Source: a virus (Duplodnaviria; Caudoviricetes). Taken from it: 64,000 bases of DNA. The DNA lies in IMG/VR virus record IMGVR_UViG_3300046779_000717, positions 4,197 to 68,196 of that record. One strand, 5' to 3'. A model generated the notes under the pieces. That model did no database searches, was not told the DNA's origin, and saw only the letters and a program-made list of their open reading frames with translations. Both the position numbers and the translations under genes were made by a program. Below, piece after piece: positions 25,701 through 36,149 of this stretch; position 1 is the stretch's first letter; every line of letters begins with the position of its first letter.

Positions 25701-28639
25701 TCTCTAGCGTAAAGCTTTTGAATACTACCAAAGAATCTGTCTACGTACTTAAAGTTCGCAGTAGACAAGTTGAACTCATTCAATCTATTTGTTCCAGTAT
25801 CTTCACGGAAAACACCACTATATGTAAGCCCGTTTGTTACCTGCTCTTGCTCGTAGTTCTCTATGTTTGACAATACACGTGGGCTGTACTGCATCAAAGA
25901 ACCATTGAAGTCATCTCTGATACGGTCGCTTTCTACACCATTTCTGAAGCAGAATGCATTGTATAAGTTATCCAAGCTAACAACTGCAGACTTCTTAGAA
26001 GTTCCTGCACCTGCTCTTGTTTGGTTTGTTACGTTTCCAGAGTGAAGGCCATTGACTACGTCGAATGTAGCTGCTTCATGGTAGATATCCGCATCGCTAG
26101 AATCTGGAACTGTCTCAAGTACTGTTGGTCTTTCTACTTGTGTAATAGAGAAATCTACAGTCAATAAAGACCTTTCGCAATCAGTAGCCGATCCAGGAGT
26201 GTTACCATATCCAAGAATGTACATTCTGATGGCACCCTTATTGGCTTGAGCACTCGTATTGACGTTGTCGACCATCTGGAATAAGATAGACCTTCTGAAG
26301 AAGATGCTTCTATATCCCTTGTTACCATCGGCAATCATGACGAACTTAGTGTATGCCCCATCCTCAATAAACCACTCTTCAATGTTTGCGTAGTTTCTTG
26401 AAGACACAAATGTTTGAAGTGGCTGATCAGTTCCGCCAGCAACTCTAGTTTCGTTGATCTTGATCGTTATTACAGCTCCTGCCTTAATTTCCAAGTCGTC
26501 TTGGCTTATTGGACCAGTCGCGGTCAAATTTCCTGGAATTATAGCACAAGACCCAATAGCGTCGTTCTTTCCGTTAAACGCAGTTCTGTCGCCAAAGTAG
26601 TTAAGACCGTTTACTGATCGGCAGTTGATTCTCCAGCTGTCACCAATAGTGTGACCGGTTGTTGTAGCAAATTTGATGCTCGCAATATCCTTGCCAGTGT
26701 CATCTTTCAATATTTGTGCAGCCCCAGTAATAGGTATCTTAGAGCCCAGTACTTGAGACGACCCAAACATTGTGTACTTAAACGTGCCTACGCCATCGAT
26801 AGTTACGGTGTATCTAATGTCCTTTACGGTATTGTTAGATATCCATCCGTTGCTAGTCAATGCCAAGTTGTTCAACCCAGTTCCGTAGAAAATAGGGTCT
26901 TCGATTACCGCAAATCTATTTGTTAATGGATTTATGGTTTCTTTGCTGCACAACAATCTTCCAACCCCAGTGCGTCCTTTACCTATAGACTTGTAAACAA
27001 ATAGGTTATCTTCGTTAAAAGCACTGTTGTTTCCAATCTTAATCTTCAAGTAAACGCCAGGGATATTAGGTCTTGCTGGATTGTTTAAGAAGTCTTTTGG
27101 CTTAACAGCAACGTCAAGCACTTTGTATTGCTCTGCGCTATATGTTATCCCAAGTGGGTTTGCCTTGATTGTGATGTAGTCGTTTGCCTTTACTTTGTCA
27201 ACGTCTGACTCGTTGATCAGCATGTATACAAATGGCCCGTCTACATAGAACAGCGTTGGATAAATTGTATAGTAAGCACCCTTGTTTTGCTTAATCATGA
27301 CACGATACTTCGTGGCAAAAGCAGGAGCTTCGTTGTTAATTGTCAATACTAACTTGTTGCCGGTGTCAGAGTTATCTGGACCAATATAAACAGAGTTGTC
27401 TACAGAGGTAAGGACCGTACTCATTCTTCCATATGCGTCAACATAAGATATACCGATTTCGTAATCTCTGTCGCTACGCATGGTCTTCACTGGAGACCCA
27501 ACGACATAAGACGTAGACAGCTTACTTTCTGGAACAACATCGACGCCATAGTCCATGGTTATGCCCCTTGACGCAATGTCTACGATGTTGTAAAACTGCG
27601 TGTAGTTACCATATACCAATCGGCTACCAATGAGCTCCTGAGCCTTTGCTTTCAACGGAACGTTGTCAAACAGTCTTGTCAACTGGTTAGCGGCGAGAAC
27701 TCCGTATATCTTGTTATTTGAGAAAGACTGGAATGTAGCCGTAGTGCCAGAAAGACTGACAGAGCTAATGTTTCCAGACAGTATTGCTTCTCTAGAGAAG
27801 TTTTCAAGTACGTTTACATTTAGTCCAGAAGAGTCTCTGAACACCAACTGAATCTCCTTTACGTTCTCAGATCCGATATCGAATGAAACATCTACTGCGT
27901 TGTAGTTGTTCACCATCGACTTGTTTACGCCGGTTCCGTAGTCATACTGGAAATCTTTTGGAACAAACGCAACATCAGAGAAAGGAGCAAGTGAGCTATA
28001 CTCGTTGTTCTGGTACTTGTATCTGTAAGAGAAGTACAAGAACTTGTCTGTAATGTTGTTTGTGTCCGTGCCATCATTCTTCAACGCCAATGTTGGTGCC
28101 TTCAATGGTGGCTTCACAATCACATTGATGTCCTCTTCTGTGAATGCATTGTATGCGTAGTTTTGCTTTGTGTCTATTCTTCTTGGCTGGTTAAGGCCAT
28201 CAGTCCAGAAAAGCAAGTCGCTAATATAGTTTACTCCAGTAATTAAGTACTGAGTGTTGAAATTTAAGATGTTTGCAGCACCAACCCTTGTGTCCATGAC
28301 GTGAACAGTGGTCAATCCTGTAAGCTCGTTGTAAGAAGCGATAAGGTTTCCGCTTGCCGCCTTTATGAACCAGAATATTAAGAACTCAGAAGGAACCGCA
28401 ATTGACCCAATGGTCTTTGCTCCGGCCAAGGAGAATGCAGATCCAGAAAACGCAGTAGCTGCAGCAGCAAGGCTACTAACCTTGGTGTTACCCAATTCAT
28501 TCGACAAAGCTCCAACATCAGAACCCTCGGACGTGCCGACGGTTATGTTCATTGCATCTCTGTATTGTCCATCAGGGATCAGGCGCTCGTCCAGATCCTT
28601 GTTCATTATACCAGCTACTAAGCTTCTCTTTAATTCCAT
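22784..28639 (-). CDS. Tail stabilisation/nozzle protein with C-terminal Ig-like (BACON, He_PIG-like) extensions
   Basis: N-terminal GIMNKDLDERLIPDGQYRDAMNI; YKYQNNEYSSLAPFS; GEYGISLNPESFA; BACON-like segment at about 25070-25310 and LPAGLNFDSATGVISGT at about 23560-23690. Confidence 0.75.
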   Translation of the reverse strand: MELKRSLVAGIMNKDLDERLIPDGQYRDAMNITVGTSEGSDVGALSNELGNTKVSSLAAAATAFSGSAFSLAGAKTIGSIAVPSEFLIFWFIKAASGNLIASYNELTGLTTVHVMDTRVGAANILNFNTQYLITGVNYISDLLFWTDGLNQPRRIDTKQNYAYNAFTEEDINVIVKPPLKAPTLALKNDGTDTNNITDKFLYFSYRYKYQNNEYSSLAPFSDVAFVPKDFQYDYGTGVNKSMVNNYNAVDVSFDIGSENVKEIQLVFRDSSGLNVNVLENFSREAILSGNISSVSLSGTTATFQSFSNNKIYGVLAANQLTRLFDNVPLKAKAQELIGSRLVYGNYTQFYNIVDIASRGITMDYGVDVVPESKLSTSYVVGSPVKTMRSDRDYEIGISYVDAYGRMSTVLTSVDNSVYIGPDNSDTGNKLVLTINNEAPAFATKYRVMIKQNKGAYYTIYPTLFYVDGPFVYMLINESDVDKVKANDYITIKANPLGITYSAEQYKVLDVAVKPKDFLNNPARPNIPGVYLKIKIGNNSAFNEDNLFVYKSIGKGRTGVGRLLCSKETINPLTNRFAVIEDPIFYGTGLNNLALTSNGWISNNTVKDIRYTVTIDGVGTFKYTMFGSSQVLGSKIPITGAAQILKDDTGKDIASIKFATTTGHTIGDSWRINCRSVNGLNYFGDRTAFNGKNDAIGSCAIIPGNLTATGPISQDDLEIKAGAVITIKINETRVAGGTDQPLQTFVSSRNYANIEEWFIEDGAYTKFVMIADGNKGYRSIFFRRSILFQMVDNVNTSAQANKGAIRMYILGYGNTPGSATDCERSLLTVDFSITQVERPTVLETVPDSSDADIYHEAATFDVVNGLHSGNVTNQTRAGAGTSKKSAVVSLDNLYNAFCFRNGVESDRIRDDFNGSLMQYSPRVLSNIENYEQEQVTNGLTYSGVFREDTGTNRLNEFNLSTANFKYVDRFFGSIQKLYARDTDLVVFQENKISVVLYGKNLISDSVGGGTISSTPEVLGTQISFPGEYGISLNPESFAVWGSDLFFTDARRGVALRIVGNSVQEISMQGMRDWFKDLFISGINKQKIGTFDPYNQMYVLASNDDTASPCELVVTPSSITVDKTSQSKNIFDIQSNSGWVITNIPSWMTVAPSSGTGNQDVEADIAANNTGISRTATLTITASCGVVRTFTITQTATVVKRRSTIVVGAPKETGKVSSLKYNYTSSGTTGYEVNDIIFKPAPVSLYDTASDVAGINGIPAPGDTVTVYAYKDATSALDAELNPFIPTAGNKVYYLVSNTEYTQEDYAAVIGLATPISMTLSGTEYSGTFVYNAPSNEQYLYLIWDYRNTISCGSSVSYTGVAATTPVVVNMGSSNGKVSYTYDAQSTPDRFTISVGGNVVADSGYVGLNSLANYNALIAAGVPDSEINLVEPYDGLVNNSTGTLSYVKNSSAETVLTVYSPLSSNSWTATTACASLTSFTLATANGTIDNVCSQTPSTTKYHNADGGVVSVGCTIYNDSTGSSVYDGGNAYHKTGTNLMFVTSSGVVTEIATCVCAETAPPIVTASNMEFVAGQVVNIKVPATNNPTSYNLISACSNFKLFGGSEGAVFYGANCETGYYQTVVVSGGQTTETCFASGTVSKISGSDDATLTVDGPCSGFSLPAGLNFDSATGVISGTVEGIGDYQAAFTATNCVGTSPSTQVTVSSVVNDSPATSFDVFINGQSTAASACALLVLGWDYLYHNGYYTYPIVGDTVYLQSRGGNVFEGGGLWYKINNNQSILVGDDGVVESVFNCGSTPPTPPTPPAGGYYQATLCNSTYSAVLYDAVTRVIANGTIFKTTDGNCWTKTADLLPQTYTFTVPTTLVTSASCAICTGEAPGLTEVFLTDAGTKSAVCADTNYYAYWTNGTIGVSGTLYLNSSGTSVASPGYYKNQAAPTNAHYWNGTAWTSTEAC

Positions 28640-29538
28640 TACTTGATCCAGTTTCCTTGGTTTCTCAATACCATCAAAATACGTCCTGGCTTGATATTAG
28701 AAAGCCTGATCTTAGCGTTTCTAAGCATTGCAGACTTCTCTTCTCTTGCTCTACGTACAATGTACTCTTGCACTCCAACTTTGTTATTCAAGATAGCCCA
28801 CTTGATGTAGCTATAAATAAAGTCCTCTGCTAATTTGTTTACCTTAACTGCGTCGTCATCGCCATTTTCAAGACCATCAGAGATGTATTCAATGACAACC
28901 AACTTGTCGCTCATTCCTGAGCTGAAGTTAATTACACCAGATGCTTTGTCAATTCTGAACGTGGGGTTTACATTTGCAACCTCTGAGTTCAAACCAAAGA
29001 AGCCACCTAGGCTATAGTTGAAGTACCAGTAGTCATCAATGTTCCATCCCCATCGGCCATTGGCCCAGCCTTCTCCTGTGAACAATGTCTGTGGATAACC
29101 TTGAATTCTTTTGATATCTAACTCTGAAGTCCCGGTGATTACGCTACCATTCTGGTCATACAAAATGTTATCGCTAGAGTCTTTCAAGTACGCCTGAGCG
29201 TAGTTTACAGTCATGTTTTCGCTCAGAGTAAACAATACGCCGTCTACTTCCATAGAAATTCTAGCGTAGTTCACATAGTCTGGTGGCAAAACCAACTTAA
29301 GGTCTTGTCCAACATTCAGCTCTAACACCTTGACATTTCTAGCTGCATCATAGTTCAACTCCTGTATTGCACGCTTTGCGTGAAACAGGACATTGTACCT
29401 TTTAACTGTGCCTATTAATTTGTCATCGCCAACATACATTAGCATGAAGTTATTAACTATGTCAGACAAACTGACATATTGATAGTCTCCGCTATTGTTT
29501 GGGTCTGAGTAGTATGCTTGATTAGTTATGTATGCCAT
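28639..29538 (-). CDS. Virion structural protein (head-tail adaptor/ring)
   Basis: 299 aa in the structural operon; FHAKRAIQELNYD...LVLPPDYVNYARIS. Confidence 0.6.
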   Translation of the reverse strand: MAYITNQAYYSDPNNSGDYQYVSLSDIVNNFMLMYVGDDKLIGTVKRYNVLFHAKRAIQELNYDAARNVKVLELNVGQDLKLVLPPDYVNYARISMEVDGVLFTLSENMTVNYAQAYLKDSSDNILYDQNGSVITGTSELDIKRIQGYPQTLFTGEGWANGRWGWNIDDYWYFNYSLGGFFGLNSEVANVNPTFRIDKASGVINFSSGMSDKLVVIEYISDGLENGDDDAVKVNKLAEDFIYSYIKWAILNNKVGVQEYIVRRAREEKSAMLRNAKIRLSNIKPGRILMVLRNQGNWIK

Positions 29539-30230
29539 TAGCTTTGCTTAGTTTGTTCAGCGTTGTCAGATCCGGTAGCGAATTGAACAACCTCTGATTC
29601 ACGAATATTCACACCAGCGTATGACAGGATTTTATATACTAGGTCGTTTTGTGCGCTTTCCGGAAGCTCAAAGTCTTGATAGTCAAGAGCTGACTGGTTG
29701 AATATAGGCGAGCCTGCCACGACAGTATATGTCCACTTAGGATCAAGAGGGTAGCGAACATACATCGCACTGACGTTGCTCTGGATTGATGCGGGGTAAA
29801 CTTTAATATCATTGCCTTTTTGGTAGTATGCAGGGTATGCTACTGTTGGTGCAGTAATGTTAGAGTTTAGCAAATTCATGACCTTGTTTTGGGCCACAAA
29901 TTCAATTTCTTTAGTACCGTATAGTACAACATTAATGTAATACCAATCACTAGGAAGGGCAAACGATTCAGTAAGGCCTGAATACGATAAATTGCCAGAT
30001 GTAGAAAATGTATCAATTGTCTCTGCTATGTTTTTCTGAATGTCCGAATAACCGTCATTAGCCAATCTTGCATTTCTTTTGTTCACCCAGTTGGTGTAGT
30101 CGTAGAAGTACTGCTCAAATATCTCAAGCTGTGCTTGTTTGGCAAATAGGTTGAACTCTTCCGGTGTAATGTAACCGTTGTTATCCTTATTAAGGATAGC
30201 CATAACAGTATTTCTAACCGTGTTTATCAT
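29538..30230 (-). CDS. Virion structural protein (tail tubular/adaptor)
   Basis: 230 aa; MINTVRNTVMAILNKDNNGYITPEEFNLFAKQAQLEIF...FELP. Confidence 0.6.
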   Translation of the reverse strand: MINTVRNTVMAILNKDNNGYITPEEFNLFAKQAQLEIFEQYFYDYTNWVNKRNARLANDGYSDIQKNIAETIDTFSTSGNLSYSGLTESFALPSDWYYINVVLYGTKEIEFVAQNKVMNLLNSNITAPTVAYPAYYQKGNDIKVYPASIQSNVSAMYVRYPLDPKWTYTVVAGSPIFNQSALDYQDFELPESAQNDLVYKILSYAGVNIRESEVVQFATGSDNAEQTKQS

Positions 30231-30247
30231 GTCCTCACAAAGATAGC

Positions 30248-30277
30248 AAAAAAGAAGGGGACATTGCGTCCCCTCCT
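30248..30277 (-). terminator. Rho-independent terminator
   Basis: AGGGGAC/GTCCCCT stem with U-tract on the minus strand, just after the 246-aa gene. Confidence 0.75.
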
Positions 30278-30282
30278 ATTTG

Positions 30283-31023
30283 TTAAAGTTTAGATTGTAC
30301 CATCTCTGCGATCGGCTTGCCTTCCTCTGATTCAAAGAAGGTTGTCAATATAGACACCGGATCATCGCCTGGTTGAAGATTCATCAGCTTGCGCTTATTC
30401 CCTGGCATATTGAACCAGATCTCGCGGTTGTTGTTCCTCAATGCGAACAAGCCAGCTGACAATGCCTTAGAGGCCATAGCCGTCTCAGCCAGTCCTGGAT
30501 CGTTAATCATCTCCAAGAACTGAATTGGATAGTTTCTAGCGTAAAGCAAGATGTCTCTCTTAAGCTCAGGAGTGGTCATTGTATCAATAACGCCACCGTA
30601 AATCAAACGGCCTACAGACTCCATAGTCTCAAGGCTCATCTCTCTGGCTGCGATCTGTGCGTCAAGCTCGATGTTAAGCTCTTCGATATCCAATGTAGCT
30701 TCTTTCTCTGTGTTAAGCTCTTTGAATACGTCGCCATTCAATGGGTGCATGTCCAAGAACTTGCCAAGGATTGGGTTGCTAGAAGGTACTACCAATGTGC
30801 CATCCTCGAATACGATTGGCTCAAGGATTGCCTTGTCGTCCTGTTCATCCTCAAACACAGACTTTTGGTTTCTAGAATAACGCAATGCACGGTTTACTGT
30901 TCCGTCAAAGTAAAGCAAAGAAAAACGCTTTGTGTTTCTTGATGGCAAAGTGTAGCTCAATGGAGCTTTCTCTTTCGTAAGGATAAATACTCTGTCCTTA
31001 ATTTGGTTAGTTGGATTCTTCAT
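30283..31023 (-). CDS. Conserved hypothetical protein downstream of the capsid gene
   Basis: 246 aa with its own promoter (CAAATATA 31045-31052 on +). Confidence 0.7.
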   Translation of the reverse strand: MKNPTNQIKDRVFILTKEKAPLSYTLPSRNTKRFSLLYFDGTVNRALRYSRNQKSVFEDEQDDKAILEPIVFEDGTLVVPSSNPILGKFLDMHPLNGDVFKELNTEKEATLDIEELNIELDAQIAAREMSLETMESVGRLIYGGVIDTMTTPELKRDILLYARNYPIQFLEMINDPGLAETAMASKALSAGLFALRNNNREIWFNMPGNKRKLMNLQPGDDPVSILTTFFESEEGKPIAEMVQSKL

Positions 31024-31051
31024 AATTTGATTTAATTAACGGTGCAAATAT

Positions 31052-31088
31052 AAACAAAAAGGGTGAGTACAATTGTACCCACCCCTTT
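31052..31088 (-). terminator. Rho-independent terminator after the major capsid gene
   Basis: GGGTGAGTAC/GTACCCACCC stem with U-tract on the minus strand. Confidence 0.8.
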
Positions 31089-31107
31089 GTATAATCGATT
31101 GTTACGA

Positions 31108-32514
31108 TTAGGCGGTCTTGAACAAGAAGAAGTTGTTCGCGCCCAAGGTGCACAATGCACGCTCAGACAAGAAGTTAACTCTCATTGCATCCAAGTCGCT
31201 AGTAGCAGCACCACCGGCAGAACCAGTGATCCAAGTCTTGTAGCGACGGTTCTCAGTTTCGCTAGCGCGGTAACGAACGTGCAAGAAAGGACGCTTAGCG
31301 TTCTTACCCAACACCATGTCGTACACGTTAGTAGAACCAGCAGGAACCAACACACCATTAACCTCGCCGCCAGTGATACCACCACGCAAGGTTGCGTCGT
31401 TCAAGTATTTCCAGTCGGTCTTGTAGAAGTCATAGCCACGCTTGAAACCCTTGAAGCCCAAGTTCAAGGCCATAGTTTCGTCGTTGTTGAACACACCGTA
31501 GCTAGTACCGTTAGCACCGTAGCTGTTCTGAGAAGCCAACATATCGTCGATATCGAAACCGAAGTTACGGTTAACGAACAACATGTTCTCTTGGATAGCA
31601 CCTTGCTTGTCCAAACGCTGAATGATAGCGTCGAAGTCAGCCAAAGTACTTGGGTTGCCACCAGCCCATACGTTACCGCGTTGCTCGATGGTGTAGAACA
31701 AACCGTCTGTACCAGCAGCAGTAGTAGGAGAAGGAGACAAGTAAGCAATAGCTCCAGATGCTGCCTCAGCAGGAACACCTTCAATCATAGACATTTCCAA
31801 GTAGTCCTCGAAACGCAAACGAGTTTCGTGCTCAGACTTGATGTACCACAAGTAGCCAGTAGCACCATTCTCAGTAGTAACTTCTACCCATCCGATCTGA
31901 GCCATGTCAGAACCAGATACTTCGTAGTTGTCCTTGATGATGATAGGCTTGTTGTCGAAGATGTCGTCTTGAGCTTCCAAAGAACCTTCCATACCGTTAG
32001 ATCCTTTTCTGAATTCAGAACCGTAAACAAATGCAGTAGATGCAGTTGATACAGGGATAGTCTGACCACCAGCAGCGTAGTAAGCAACGGTGAAAGTCAA
32101 ACCAGAAACGGCAGTAATGATAGCTTTGTCGCTTTGAGTACCACCAGAGTTACGAGACAAGAACACAGTCTGACCTACACGGAAGTTACAAGCAGTGATA
32201 CCTGCGTCAGCAACAGTCCAAGTAGCGGTGTCAGAACCGGCAGCAGCAGCAGAAGTACAGCTTACATACTTGGTATGCAAACGACCTTGCTCTGCCCACT
32301 TGATCAAGTCAGAGTTAGAGGGCATCTCAGCACCAACCTGGCGCAAGAAAGATGCGATAGAGCGATTACCATAACGCTCGAATTCTTTCTCGTAGGTATC
32401 AGGAAGATACTGATTCAAGAAATCGAAGTTGGTAATGTAGTTTGTAGGCAAAGTTGCCTTGACGGACGAGGGAGTAATAGCATACCCGGGGCTCGTTTGA
32501 ACTGATCCAGCCAT
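31108..32514 (-). CDS. Major capsid protein
   Basis: 468 aa, strong codon bias, follows the scaffold gene, ends at a terminator; YLPDTYEKEFERYGNRS, HETRLRFEDYLEMSM. Confidence 0.85.
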   Translation of the reverse strand: MAGSVQTSPGYAITPSSVKATLPTNYITNFDFLNQYLPDTYEKEFERYGNRSIASFLRQVGAEMPSNSDLIKWAEQGRLHTKYVSCTSAAAAGSDTATWTVADAGITACNFRVGQTVFLSRNSGGTQSDKAIITAVSGLTFTVAYYAAGGQTIPVSTASTAFVYGSEFRKGSNGMEGSLEAQDDIFDNKPIIIKDNYEVSGSDMAQIGWVEVTTENGATGYLWYIKSEHETRLRFEDYLEMSMIEGVPAEAASGAIAYLSPSPTTAAGTDGLFYTIEQRGNVWAGGNPSTLADFDAIIQRLDKQGAIQENMLFVNRNFGFDIDDMLASQNSYGANGTSYGVFNNDETMALNLGFKGFKRGYDFYKTDWKYLNDATLRGGITGGEVNGVLVPAGSTNVYDMVLGKNAKRPFLHVRYRASETENRRYKTWITGSAGGAATSDLDAMRVNFLSERALCTLGANNFFLFKTA

Positions 32515-32543
32515 AGTTTTGTTTTTTTAGTTTTTTGTTTTTG

Positions 32544-33668
32544 TTATTTGTTACGCATTTTTATCTTTAGCCCGCTTCCGTGGTCACTGTCTAATGCTAC
32601 AACTTTAAACCCAGTAGTAGGTGTTAACTGAGGTGTTGACCGAACGTCCATTTGGATATTCTTTGACTCCTTAGCAACGCTGTCTACCGCTGCGGCCATG
32701 CCTTGCTCATAAAAGTGCTTGGCAAAACCATCGGGGTTCATAGCTACAGCAATAGCCCTGTGATATGCAGCAGCATCCTTCACGTATCCATTCTCATCCA
32801 AGAACGAACCAATGAACTTGCTAATATCAGATTGAGCTTTCTTCAGTTGTTCTGGATTGCCAGGCTTAAACGAGATTGCCTTGTCATCGACCTTAAATTC
32901 AAAACCTTTGAACTGGTCGCTGAAAAGCTCCTCCGTCTTCTTGGCAAAGAACTCTGAGCGCTCTAGCTGAGACTTCTGCACTTCCTCGGACTCTTTGGCA
33001 TATCTCTTAAAAGCCTCGTACTCACTCTTTTCTTCGTCAGAAACTAAGCCACCCCTTGACTCAAGAGGCACCCTGTATTGTTCCTTCAGTTTATTTAAGT
33101 GGTCCTTGGCCTTAGCAAGATCTTTTTTCATTGCTAGCTTCTTTCTCTTGATTTCCTTTGGGTCGTCAAGATCTTCATCAAACTCGTACCTGGTTTCGAT
33201 TTCAAACTTTACGTCTTCTTCGTCGAACTCTGGGTTCTCTTGCTTGATGTAATCAGCTAGCAGTTGATTTGCAGGAACTGAATCGTAGTCCTTATTCAAT
33301 TGAATAAAGTCTTCGATGCCTCGGCCTGTCTCCTTCTTATACTTCAAAAAGGCTGACACGTCCTCTGGTAGTTCCTCTGCATCTTTTCTCGCCTGAAACA
33401 AATCATCAACAGAGTTGATTTCTTTGTTGTACCGACTCTTTAAATATGTAAGAACGTCTTCGTCTCCGAGTTCTTTGGTGGCTGTCACCTCGGGCTCTTC
33501 GACCTTTTCTATTGTCCCATCAGATGCCACAATTGTGGTCTCTACTGGCGTTTCTTCTGAAGAGAGGCCATGCTTCTCTTCGTGTTCTTTCAGAAGTTGC
33601 TCTTCCACTTCTTGAACAGATTTCTGTTCCTGGAACGCAACCTCCTTCACTTTGAATTCAGTTTCCAT
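32544..33668 (-). CDS. Capsid scaffolding protein
   Basis: 374 aa, very acidic and helical, between portal and MCP. Confidence 0.7.
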   Translation of the reverse strand: METEFKVKEVAFQEQKSVQEVEEQLLKEHEEKHGLSSEETPVETTIVASDGTIEKVEEPEVTATKELGDEDVLTYLKSRYNKEINSVDDLFQARKDAEELPEDVSAFLKYKKETGRGIEDFIQLNKDYDSVPANQLLADYIKQENPEFDEEDVKFEIETRYEFDEDLDDPKEIKRKKLAMKKDLAKAKDHLNKLKEQYRVPLESRGGLVSDEEKSEYEAFKRYAKESEEVQKSQLERSEFFAKKTEELFSDQFKGFEFKVDDKAISFKPGNPEQLKKAQSDISKFIGSFLDENGYVKDAAAYHRAIAVAMNPDGFAKHFYEQGMAAAVDSVAKESKNIQMDVRSTPQLTPTTGFKVVALDSDHGSGLKIKMRNK

Positions 33669-33716
33669 ATTTTATTAGATTATTTTCGTCACAAATTTAC
33701 ACAAAATAGTGACACG

Positions 33717-36149
33717 CTATTTTGGCTCGAATCCAGCTAGGTCAAAGCCATCAAGAGTATCCTCGTTAGATTCAAAATCAATCGGAGGCAAATTGTTCTT
33801 TCTTTGATCAATCAACTTTGACTGTTGAGTGTTCTGAATAGAAACCCTTTTATCTTTAGCCTCCTCTTTCATCTTCTCCTTCTCGGTAATGAGTTGTGAG
33901 TCAATACCCTTCAACTGCATGTTCATCTGGAACTCTTGACGCATTAATTCTAGTTTTATTGCAGCTTCTTGTCTCATTGTTTCAACATCAAATTCAGCCT
34001 CGGCCTTTTTGATTTCAATCTTAGACTGAGTTTCTGCATCTATCTGCTGCATCTTAGCATCTGCCGCTGCCTGTGTAGCCGCAATGTTAGAATCAGACTG
34101 GAACTTAGATATCATTTGCTGCTTCTCCAAGTCTCTCTTCTCTTTGTCTTTGCGTTTAACCTTCAACAATTGATTGGCAAGCTTCAAGTTCTTGATCTCA
34201 CGGATGTCAATTGCGTCCTCCAATGCGATCTGGTCTCTGCTCAATGCCATCTGAATGTTAGCCTCAAGCTGTTGCTTTTCTTCTTCGTCAGGAGAAACCT
34301 CAATGAAGATACCAAAGTTGTGCAAGTAAAGCTCCTTGATGCTGTCCAGAATCTGGATGTTGTACTTACCGATTTGGTTTGCAAACTCGTCTCTGAAGTC
34401 AGCGTACTCCAAAATGTCAGAGATACGGCAAGACAAAGCCTCAGACAATCTGCGTGTGATAAAGATACCACCGTCTAGAATGTGTCTTGTTGCAGTATTT
34501 GAGTTAGCTGCAGCTAGCTTCTGTACGCCCACCAAAGCGTCCGAGCTAGGCATAGACCCATCTCGTGCTTCGTTAAGCCCTGTAACGTCACGCAGCATGC
34601 TCATGTATTGGTTGTATGCTGCGATCAGGCTAGATATTTTCCCTTGTGCGGCGCTAGAGTTTAATTCTTGGATTGGAACACGGGCATTGTTGAACTCGCC
34701 ATCCTGAGTGTAGCTTCTTCCGATTACGCTACCAGTCTGGAAGTACATGCGAAGTGCATCCTCTGGGTTGTATGCAGCACCATTGCCCAAGTCAACCTCG
34801 TTAAGACCATCAGCATCGATGAACACACCGTCTGGTACCATCTTAGACAATACCTGTTGCAACTTAAGGTGAGTCATTTGAATCAAGTCAGCGAACGCTG
34901 TCATGCGTCGGCCCAAAGACTCAATGGCACCCTTGTACATGCGAGGAGCAACCATCACGTAGTTAGAGTATGCAAACTGTGACGCAGACTTAGGTCTGGC
35001 CATGTTCTTAGACATCTCCCACTTTAGCAACTTGTTTGATCCCAACACCATGATACCTTCGTACCATACGTCGATGCGCTTCTCAACTTTCTCGAATCTC
35101 TCTTCTGTCTGGTCTGCTGGAGGATTGAAGCCTTCGTCCTTACGGATTACACGCTCTCCGCCATTGTCAAGAAACTTCTTCTTGTATACAAATGTCTTGT
35201 CGGTTTTATAGTTGAAGTACAACAGGGTAACAACGTCCTTGTCGAACAAGTCGTTTCTGTATGTACGCATTACACCATAGTAGTCCCACCATGCAGTTCC
35301 CAACTGAGAAACTTCTTCTAGTTCCTCCTTGGTGATGTCTGGCTTGATCTTGATTAACTCAGTGATTGGAACTTGCTTTACTTCGCCCCAGTAGAATACA
35401 TCGTCGAAATATGGTGACTCAGTGTAACTGTATACCACGTTGGCGGGGTCGACATACTCAACCTTGACTCCGGCTCCTGGGTAGAATGAGTGCTTAACAC
35501 CACCGATACCCAATGTGGTAAGGTCGTAGTCGACACGCTTTTTAGTGTCTGCATAGTTATTTTGTTCAAGTAAGGTATTAATTGCTTCTTCCTCTGCGAT
35601 CTCAATGCTTGGCTTGTACTTGAGCTGCATGTAAAGTTGCAACTCTTCATCGTTTGATGGAAGCTCTTCTACATTGGTATTAAACGCATCAACGCCAAAC
35701 TGCTCCTTTGTCTGGAGCAAAAAGTCCTTAGCGACCATGTCGCCCTCAATCATGTCCTGGAACTGATTGCGCTTCTCAGCGGCCATCGCATCTTGAGCAA
35801 CTGCCTTTACAGAGAAATTACGGTCTGCCATACCATTAACAACGATGTCAATGAACTTGGGCATGATTGGAACTGGCGTCCAAGAAAGGTTAAGGTACGA
35901 CAAGTCGCCATCGAATGACATCTCCTTCTTGTACTTTTCAACAGACTGTTCTCCACGTGCATACAATCGAAGACGATGAAACTCAATCCACTGATTGTAG
36001 AACCTGCACGAGCCAGCGTCCTTGCGGAACCACTCTGACTGAACAGCAAGTCCAACCTGAAGGCCAAACTCTTTAGATGCCTTTTGTGCATCTGTGGCCA
36101 ACTGACTTGGGAATGTCGTTGGGTTGATTACTATTTTCGGATCTGTCAT
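33717..36149 (-). CDS. Portal protein
   Basis: 810 aa after terminase; LRLYARGEQSVEKYK, LSWTPVPIMPKFIDIVVNGM, Q/E-rich coiled C-terminus. Confidence 0.85.
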   Translation of the reverse strand: MTDPKIVINPTTFPSQLATDAQKASKEFGLQVGLAVQSEWFRKDAGSCRFYNQWIEFHRLRLYARGEQSVEKYKKEMSFDGDLSYLNLSWTPVPIMPKFIDIVVNGMADRNFSVKAVAQDAMAAEKRNQFQDMIEGDMVAKDFLLQTKEQFGVDAFNTNVEELPSNDEELQLYMQLKYKPSIEIAEEEAINTLLEQNNYADTKKRVDYDLTTLGIGGVKHSFYPGAGVKVEYVDPANVVYSYTESPYFDDVFYWGEVKQVPITELIKIKPDITKEELEEVSQLGTAWWDYYGVMRTYRNDLFDKDVVTLLYFNYKTDKTFVYKKKFLDNGGERVIRKDEGFNPPADQTEERFEKVEKRIDVWYEGIMVLGSNKLLKWEMSKNMARPKSASQFAYSNYVMVAPRMYKGAIESLGRRMTAFADLIQMTHLKLQQVLSKMVPDGVFIDADGLNEVDLGNGAAYNPEDALRMYFQTGSVIGRSYTQDGEFNNARVPIQELNSSAAQGKISSLIAAYNQYMSMLRDVTGLNEARDGSMPSSDALVGVQKLAAANSNTATRHILDGGIFITRRLSEALSCRISDILEYADFRDEFANQIGKYNIQILDSIKELYLHNFGIFIEVSPDEEEKQQLEANIQMALSRDQIALEDAIDIREIKNLKLANQLLKVKRKDKEKRDLEKQQMISKFQSDSNIAATQAAADAKMQQIDAETQSKIEIKKAEAEFDVETMRQEAAIKLELMRQEFQMNMQLKGIDSQLITEKEKMKEEAKDKRVSIQNTQQSKLIDQRKNNLPPIDFESNEDTLDGFDLAGFEPK

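Noticed and set aside
31063-32049. 328-aa + strand ORF antisense to the major capsid gene, and similar shadows inside portal, groEL, RNR and the ejection genes
   Set aside because: Expected by-product of strong codon bias on the coding strand; no motifs, promoters or coupling.
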